A stretch of DNA of 59,675 nucleotides from Nitrososphaeraceae archaeon. Its GTDB lineage: Archaea; Thermoproteota; Nitrososphaeria; Nitrososphaerales; Nitrososphaeraceae. The position numbers and the translations under genes are program-made. The stretch is from positions 1 to 59,675 of the forward strand of contig DATFEP010000083.1 of NCBI GenBank assembly GCA_035250975.1, written 5' to 3'. This document shows, piece after piece, positions 52,177 to 59,675 of this stretch; positions within the stretch are counted from its first letter, which is position 1, and every line of letters begins with the position of its first letter. The notes under the pieces were generated by a model. That model was not told the DNA's origin. It saw nothing but the letters and a program-made list of their open reading frames with translations, and searched no databases.

Positions 52177-52458
52177 GACGATAACTAATAATCAAAGATA
52201 AAAAACAATTCATATATTTTTTTTACCAAAGCATATGAAGAGATTAATTTCTTATAATATTATAATCCAAAAATAATTTATTTTTTAGTTGAGAAACATT
52301 AAAAATTTAATCTTTAACTTTTTTTAAATGAATGTAAAACATTTTTAAATGAAAATTATAAAACTATGATTATTCTATGTAAGTATTAATACATTTTTCT
52401 TCCAAGTGGTTTTATTCCCAAAAAATTATTATATTAATTTTGTATAGATCTGTCCTCT

Positions 52459-53016
52459 TTGAAATCAAATTATAAGAATACTGTCGGTATCTTGGGATTA
52501 ATTATATCCTTTTTTGGCACCATCTTCTTTGGCTTAGGAACAATATATAGATCTGAAGAATCATTTTCATCATCATCTTTTCTAATATGTATTATAGGAA
52601 TAATATTATTAGTGTGGTGGCTTAAGCATGTAAAAAGAATTGGAATAAAGATTGCAATGATTATTTTGTTGATCGGTCAGTTATTAATATTTTTATTTCC
52701 TGAAAGTATTTTCCGTTTAGATGGAAATTATGGTAACAATATGACATTTTTTGTTTTTATAGTTTTCCTCATTGGCATTACTCTGTCTATTAAGAGTATT
52801 AGAAAACGATATAAAATACGTCAAAACTTTTCAAAATCCATAAAGAACCAGATACTTCAAAAACAGAAACACAAATGTGTAGCATGCAAAAAAATGCCTC
52901 CATTATTTCACTTTGATCATAAGGATGGAAATAGATCTAATAATGGTTTAAAGAATTGTCAGGCTTTATGTCCAAATTGTCATTCGATAAAGACATTAAG
53001 ACAGATAAGAAGATAG
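52459..53016 (+). CDS. Four-TM membrane protein fused to a C-terminal HNH endonuclease
   Basis: Four hydrophobic segments, then CVAC...FDHKDGNRSNN...NCQALCPNCHSIKT. Confidence 0.85.
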   Translation: MKSNYKNTVGILGLIISFFGTIFFGLGTIYRSEESFSSSSFLICIIGIILLVWWLKHVKRIGIKIAMIILLIGQLLIFLFPESIFRLDGNYGNNMTFFVFIVFLIGITLSIKSIRKRYKIRQNFSKSIKNQILQKQKHKCVACKKMPPLFHFDHKDGNRSNNGLKNCQALCPNCHSIKTLRQIRR

Positions 53017-53075
53017 AAAAAATGATATATAAAATTAAAATCAGAGATTATTTTCTTTACTTTTTTACATGATTT

Positions 53076-53330
53076 GGTGCCGTTAGAACTAATATGTACT
53101 ATTTTGAATGAATTCTTTGTTTGATTGTTACATTTTTAGATAAACTATAAACTAATTAATCCAATTGTATACATACTTCATGTACCATCATCTGTGTATA
53201 CTACATATCTTTGATACTTGTCAATTAGTAAATACATAAATCTATCTGCTACAAACATGTTTGTTCCCTTGGAAATATGTATTCCAAGCACAGATTAGTG
53301 AACTGCTTCAATTACAAATCCAAAATCAGT
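53076..53330 (-). mobile_element. IS6-family transposase remnant
   Basis: The minus strand reads SVLGIHISK.NMFVA.RFMYLLIDKY..VVYTDDGT with stops and frameshifts. A possible terminal IR ggtgccgttagaact is at 53076. Confidence 0.65.
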
Positions 53331-54365
53331 AATAATAATCCCACCAGAATATCATACTTACAGCTAAATCCATGTTCTTAAATTAACAACGTCGTTAAAG
53401 TATTTCATACAAAATTAAAGTGTTAAATATCATAATGTTGTATAATATACTAACCACTGAATAATTTGTCTATAGCGAATTTCTGTAGCAGTATCCTTCC
53501 ACAATCTAATGCCAACAAAATTGCCTTGTTACAACCTATGGACAACTTCGATACTCACATTTGGTGGTGTTGGAGAGAAAGATCTAGAAAAACATATTGA
53601 TATCCAACCATTGCGGCATGGTAGATATCTTTAATTACTTTCACAAACTCTCCAACGACATTATTAAGTTTCAAGTTTGAATTTTTTTTATACATCTTAT
53701 GCCAAGTATGAATATCTATCTAATAGATAATAATAAGATTTAGTAGATATTTACAATCTTGGACTTATACAATTGGACTAATAATATAATTTGTTTATAG
53801 AAGGATAATATTGAGATAGATTGTAGTAGCGTGAACAGATTTTATGAGTGTGATTTTATTAATTAAAAAAATACTGTTTTATAATATCTTGCTAATTGAA
53901 AACCAATATCATTAATACAATATATATTCTAATTTAATGGTAATATAATAAATCAACAAGTCTAAAAAGTTAAAAGTAAATTAGATAAAAGTATGAAGTA
54001 ATATATAATCTAAGGTTGCTTGAAAATCAATTGCCAACCATTGAAACAAAAAATAGAGCAAAATAAAGCATATAAAAGTACACATGATGTTTATAGAAAA
54101 TGTTATCTTAATCGGAATTATTTTAACATAAACACACTGTGTGTATATACATGATTTCAGGTGTATTTTTTGTTTATTTGTTTTTATTTATTTGATCTTG
54201 ATTTCCATTGTAGGTTCTTCCTCCAAGTCTTTTCTTGTCCCAAAGGACTTAAATACTAATACTGCTGCTGCTAGTACTAAACTAGTTACAGTTGATATAA
54301 GAAATATTTCACAACTCATGTATCTTTACATATTATATTAAACAACAAATTATTTTAATATTTTC

Positions 54366-54557
54366 TCAAAATTGAACTATATCAAAGAATTTATTTATAT
54401 ACAGAATTAAGTTTATTGATAAGATATTTACCTTAGAATTATTGGTGTTAAAATCTAGAAATTTTTCTTGGGTTTGACCAAATACTACATTTAAGGTTAA
54501 ACCTATGATTACTAAAATTATTGAAATTATAACTACATATAGATTGAACCTTTGCAT
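54366..54557 (-). CDS. Small putative exported protein or fragment
   Basis: Signal-peptide-like N-terminus ending in VFGQ. Confidence 0.35.
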   Translation of the reverse strand: MQRFNLYVVIISIILVIIGLTLNVVFGQTQEKFLDFNTNNSKVNILSINLILYINKFFDIVQF

Positions 54558-54818
54558 TTATTCGCTGATCGACTTAATCAAATAATTGAGTGATATAAGA
54601 TAGAGTCTTTATATATGATAAAAATTCATTTCATTTTTTTTTAAAAATTTTTAAATTCTTTATCATATTTGTCATTTTCTATATCCTTTATTGATATATT
54701 TATCTAGTTATTTTAAAATTTAAACTAGAATACACTGTATTTAATTGTATATAACGAAAGTAAAAGTACATAGTTAATAGTATTAATCTTAATATCCTTA
54801 GTATTCCTGTAAATAACC

Positions 54819-55271
54819 ATGTCTACAAATACAAATGAAATTGCAAAGTCAATAAATAAATTCCAAGATGAATCCAGAAAGATATACGAAGATAATATTG
54901 AAAGAATAAATCAATATCAGAACCAAATTATTGATACAAGTAAACACATTGCTGATAACTATATTGAATTACAAAAGAATACAGTCAATATTTATCAATC
55001 GGCATATAGTCAAATCCTTCAAAATTTATCCCATTCATATTGGAAGGATTCAAATTCAAATATTCCAGAAAGATTTACTGAAGCATACAACACAATCAAC
55101 AAAAATGTTCTTGATAATATTACCGATACAACAAATTTCATCAATGAAGTTGTTTTAAGAAATATAGAAACAGCTAACAAATCTATTGAATATGCACAAA
55201 GATATTTCAACGATACAACTCGAAATTACTTCAACTATATCAGAAAATTAGAAAGACCTTACAACAAATAA
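54819..55271 (+). CDS. Helical Asn/Gln-rich hypothetical protein (phasin-like composition)
   Basis: Intact 150-aa amphipathic ORF. Function inferred from composition only. Confidence 0.6.
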   Translation: MSTNTNEIAKSINKFQDESRKIYEDNIERINQYQNQIIDTSKHIADNYIELQKNTVNIYQSAYSQILQNLSHSYWKDSNSNIPERFTEAYNTINKNVLDNITDTTNFINEVVLRNIETANKSIEYAQRYFNDTTRNYFNYIRKLERPYNK

Positions 55272-56531
55272 ATCCTTCATTTTTTTGTACTATAATAGTT
55301 CGTATTGTTATATTCTGACATTTTTAAATTATAAATTTTTTAAATTATTTTATTTATCAATATATCAATGACAATTTAAAATTTCATTTTTTCAATAATA
55401 AATATATTCTCTCAAGATAATCATTTTCTAAAGTCATCTTTATCGAGATTAAGGTTTATTATATATATATCAGTTGTATAATTGGAATCGTTACCAAATT
55501 CTAAATGTTAAATGTATTTATACTGATCTTCCTCAATGAATTTTCTTTTCAGTAATTTATTACAATCTATTATAGTATCATTTGATTTTGTAATTTCTAT
55601 TGGAAATTAAATATCAGAAAGTCATCATATTTGAAATATTAGTAAATATCGCATGCTCCAATAAACTTAAAAAAGTAAGTTAATAAATAAATATTTCAGT
55701 TTAGATCAGAACATACAAATAAACTATTCTATAATATGAATATATTTTTCTAATTTCTAATTTTTTAAACTTTCAAAAATTGAAATTTTATCTTCGTGAA
55801 ATTTATCTGTAAGTTGTATTAACCGCATTATATGTATGAAAAATATCTTAATATTTGATGATGATCATGACACTTCTTTAAGATATAGGAAATGGTTCGA
55901 CTCTCTACCTACTGGAGACCATCTGTTAATGTTAATATATGTCATTGAAGGAGAACCAGAATCTGAATTGAGCGTGACTAATGTTAATGAAATTTTTATT
56001 AATATTAGATTATAAAGATATTTTATATGATGAAAAAAAATAATAATTACAGTAATATGATTTTTTAAAGAAGTTATAAACTGATGAAAAAAAAGCAAAA
56101 TGATTAATTTATTGATTCATTGATCGATTTATGAATAAAGTTATATAAATTAAATTATTATTCAATTCGGATTGTATAAACATCTACTAATTTATCATAT
56201 AAACAATGCCCCAATAATATGACCCAGTATTTATTGCATAATATATTAACAGTGTAGGTAAATTGTCATTACTATTATTTTCAACCTTTACACCTTTTTC
56301 TCTATCCAGTGATTAATTCTATAATTTATGACTTTCCTTTGTTTATATCATATATATGCTAATGAATTTCTATTCTATTCTTCCATTCTCAAATTCTTCT
56401 AGTAGTAATATCTTTTGTTCATAAACCATATTATCTAAGATAAACTTGAATTTTCATTCTTCAATTTAATAATGTGTAATCGTTTATTTTCTCTTTTTTG
56501 TAATTGCATAATACAAGAATAGAAAGAATAA

Positions 56532-56700
56532 CAAGGTATTGCAGTAGTTACTGGTAGTTCAACTGGAATAGGATTTGAAACTTCATTAATTCTTTCAAGA
56601 AATGAATTTTATACATGCTACAATGCCAGATCCTAATAAAGAGTATATAATTGAAAAAATTGCAAATAAAGAAAATCTTCTTTTAAAGGTCTTACAATTG
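56532..56700 (+). pseudogene. Short-chain dehydrogenase N-terminal remnant
   Basis: IAVVTGSSTGIGFETSLILSRN, followed by a frameshift and truncation. Confidence 0.75.
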
Positions 56701-56771
56701 TTCTTAACTTGCTCTTTTTAGAGAAAAATTTTCCATAAATAATTAAATAAAACCCAAGTCGTAATAAATAC

Positions 56772-57047
56772 ATGAGACATACACTAATAATTTTATTATT
56801 AGCGGCTACTGGTCTATATTTTATTCTGCCAGTTGCTTCTGCACAATTTACTGCTGATATAATGATTACAGATATGCGTACTACTCATACAGTACTGGAA
56901 AAAAATGTAGATGAAGTAATTACATTACTAAAAAATAATAATACTGTTGAAGCCCTAAACCTCCTTGACGGTGTGAAAATGAAAGTTCATCACATGAATT
57001 CGATGTTCGATGATCTTGTGTGGGAGTTGTCCAACAGAGGACATTAA
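56772..57047 (+). CDS. Small secreted helical protein
   Basis: Signal peptide ending in ASA-Q. Intact 91-aa ORF. Confidence 0.65.
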   Translation: MRHTLIILLLAATGLYFILPVASAQFTADIMITDMRTTHTVLEKNVDEVITLLKNNNTVEALNLLDGVKMKVHHMNSMFDDLVWELSNRGH

Positions 57048-57124
57048 TCTACTGTATGATAATAAAACCCTTTACATTATTTTTCTCATAGAAATATAAC
57101 GATAATAATAATTAATTATTTGGG

Positions 57125-57617
57125 AACAGAAACAGAGCTGATGTATAATCAACAGAAATTACTCTAAGTTCAGTTGTGTTGACTACCGGTGTAACAGCGC
57201 CTAATGTAAAATTAGCACTAAAAAAAGGTATATCCACCACTATGTAGATATACTACAATTTTGTTATTGTCTTTCCAGTCTTGTGGTTTGACGTCAAGAA
57301 CATTTACACCTCCTAGTTTAGTATATGTAACGTTAGACTGATAACTGTCTATAATTGGTTGAGATTCAAATATAGTCATAGAGTTCATTTGCTGATTTTT
57401 TTTCATCCTTCCAAATCATCAGGTTCAAGAGTTACAAAAGCAGGTACGTTGTAGGAATAAAGATTTTAGTATCATTTTGAGCAAAGTTTGTGGTTGAATT
57501 TTGAGCTTGAACAAAATATAGTGATGGTTGCAAGTTAAGAGTTAAAAGATATGATAGAAACAGGATAGATGTAGATAAGCTTATAACAATGGTAATTAAT
57601 CTCAGTATATTGGTCAT
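57125..57617 (-). pseudogene. Secreted esterase/lipase (HGGG-type alpha/beta hydrolase), fragmented
   Basis: Signal peptide in ORF 57432-57617, VVYLHSGGYT in ORF 57218-57406, then out-of-frame LRVISVDYT. Confidence 0.75.
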
Positions 57618-57620
57618 TTA

Positions 57621-58049
57621 TTATTTCACGATATTCTTGTTAATCCAGTCTTTTGAATTCTCCCGTAATGATCTGAGCCTTGGAGTAATCAAGTTTGTAA
57701 ATTCTTCATAACCTTCTTGGCGTTCTTTATCACTAGACGTCTTTGCTAGAAATTCGTCTCTATGTTTTTGATCTCTATATGATAGCATATTTATCCATAT
57801 ATCTTTTTCTTGCTTCGTCAAAACATTTTTGGCAATATTAGTAAATCCTTCCCAGCTAGTATTCTTCGTAAGCAAAAAAAAGATCATATTCTACCTTTTC
57901 TTTTGTAAACATTTCAGCAGATTTTTTTTCTAACTTTAATAATGCTTCATAATTCTTTTTAGGTGATTGGCTGATCATAAACTCTACGTAATTTCCAACA
58001 ATTTTTTATTATTTTCTGTTGTATCCGTATTGATTTTCATATCTATCAT
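57621..58049 (-). pseudogene. DUF1428-like protein, frameshifted
   Basis: Pieces GNYVEFMISQSPKKNYEALLK and IWINMLSYRDQKHRDEFLAK lie in different frames. Confidence 0.55.
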
Positions 58050-59297
58050 TAAATATATAAAAAGAACTACCTCCCAAGTAGAGGCTATTCATGAGAAATA
58101 AGATAATCATATAATGTACAAGCCAAAATGCAATTCAGAATTATAATATATTTCGAAGACTTTTTTCGCAATTCATTTTTATAAAGATATTTTACAGGTT
58201 TTATAATCAGTCTGGAAGGGATGTCATTGGAACCATTACTTGTATTCACGGGTTTATAGTGCAATATCACTAGAGTAATGTGTATGGTTGCCGTGGTTAC
58301 TATTCTTAATCTTGTATTTTTTTCATTGTGAGAGACTCCAATATAACAACACGGAGGGTTATGTCTAATGAGCGTCCATCTTCACGATGTGACATCTCAT
58401 TAATCGGACATAACAACCTCAATATATTATAAACATTATCGTTTAATAGCATTTTATAGCATGGATACGATGTTAATAATATCCAAATCAAGCAAAGACA
58501 AAAATTCTGTAGTTATAAATGTTACCAACAATATGATAGCACTATGAATACTATATAGGAATATTTGAAATATGCGTTATGTTATTAATAATAGTAAGCG
58601 AAGTAAAATGAACGTTAAATCTTCTTATGGTTGCGACATTCCCATATACTGAAATCCGGTAAAAGGGGAATATTTGGAAGTACAGACAAACAATAAACAT
58701 ATTTGTGAATATCTGGAAAAACCCAAATACAACACTAAAGAATCAATCAACCAAAAAATTTTATTAGAATTAAGTAACTAAGAATAATTATTCTACAGAC
58801 TTCTAGGACTTATGTTATTGCTGCTAGTTGTAATAATTCAACTTTCAGAATTATTGACTATAAGAAGAATAGAAAATGATGTTCAGGTAGAAAGTGAAAT
58901 CCTAGCACTACAGCAACCGACACATGTCTATGAAGAAAGACCCAAGATAAGAAATAATATCAGCATGACTAGCATGGAGGGGATGGGATTCGGACACCTT
59001 ATCGCTGTTCATGGAATGTAGTAATCAACGTTATTTTATTCTCAACTATATACTTTTTTTATGTCAGAGTGAGATGAATTTTTAGTAGCCTAATGTGAAA
59101 ATCTTTTCTTTAATATCATATCGTCAATAATAACTCTACCCGTACGTATCTATATGATCCCAATTTGGAGATGAGCTTGAAAGGGCTTTGAGCATGACAT
59201 GTAATTAGGATCGATAAACTTGTTTTTATTCTTTTGGTAATTTATTACAACATTGAAAAATAATTTTTGAATATTATAGAAAATTAATAAGTACATG

Positions 59298-59675
59298 TTA
59301 CTGAATTACAAAAACCCGGACATTCAGACTAGAGTTTTTCTCTAAATCTCGTATGAATCCAAATTTGTTTTTTACCTGAAAATTCGGATCATACACTAAA
59401 CACACCAAAACATCACATTTAGGATGGGAAACGTACTTTGCAATATCTATTATTATCTCTTCACCTATTTCTTTTTGTTTATGGGTTTCGGTAACTATTT
59501 TGGTTTCAACAGTAACAGAAGCTTCGGGGAGTAAAAAATCTATTTTTGCACTCCCCCCAGCATATTGCGGTGTCCATTCTTCAGGACGTACATCGTTGAA
59601 CTCAATAGTAAGAAAACAATGAAGTAGATCCTGAAAATCATATTCGTCTACAATCATATAAGGATCTTTTCCTTT
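59298..59675 (-). CDS. PD-(D/E)XK restriction-endonuclease-like domain (DpnII/MboI-like REase), 5' part outside the window
   Basis: DEYDFQDLLH, RPEEWTP.YAG.S.KIDF...VETK, IIDIAKY..HP.C and VYDP. The frame is open to the window edge (KGKDPYM...). Confidence 0.8.
   Translation of the reverse strand, partial: KGKDPYMIVDEYDFQDLLHCFLTIEFNDVRPEEWTPQYAGGSAKIDFLLPEASVTVETKIVTETHKQKEIGEEIIIDIAKYVSHPKCDVLVCLVYDPNFQVKNKFGFIRDLEKNSSLNVRVFVIQ

Noticed and set aside
55893-55921. ggttcgactctctacctactggagacca as a tRNA end
   Set aside because: The T-stem does not pair and the spacing to ACCA is wrong.
58085-59021. Short ORFs 58085-58270, 58306-58491 and 58812-59021
   Set aside because: About 60-70 aa with no motifs or convincing starts, so they are not supportable as genes.

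Overview
AT-rich archaeal DNA, most consistent with a soil-type ammonia-oxidising archaeon (Nitrososphaerota, probably Nitrososphaeraceae). This is judged from the core genes and lineage-typical small proteins, with no database search. There are three zones. (1) About 1-9.5 kb is a decaying accessory region. It has two degenerate copies of a tRNA-3'-end/att-like sequence that bracket a secreted alpha/beta hydrolase and a cytoplasmic cupredoxin-adenylyl cyclase fusion. These are followed by pseudogenes (APC permease, arsM, arsC), a histone-H1-like micro-protein and a SpoT/Mesh1-like HD hydrolase. (2) About 9.5-39.4 kb is conserved core: gatDE, nadM, thermosome, rpl11/spt5, ahbAB, XPF, the exosome/ribosomal superoperon to rpoD, sufC, MCM-GINS, RFC and queC-queE-folE. 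(3) About 39.4 kb to the end is a second accessory region. It has a stand-alone voltage-sensor-like protein, a subtilisin, and an intact but atypical nurA-herA-mre11-rad50 operon with altered catalytic motifs. It also has a membrane-anchored HNH nuclease, an IS6 remnant, more pseudogenes and a PD-(D/E)XK nuclease cut by the window edge. The best candidates for undescribed biology are the variant NurA-HerA-Mre11-Rad50 module (possibly a defence system) and the cupredoxin-cyclase. No intact tRNA, rRNA or CRISPR array was seen. All family calls come from motif recognition by eye.
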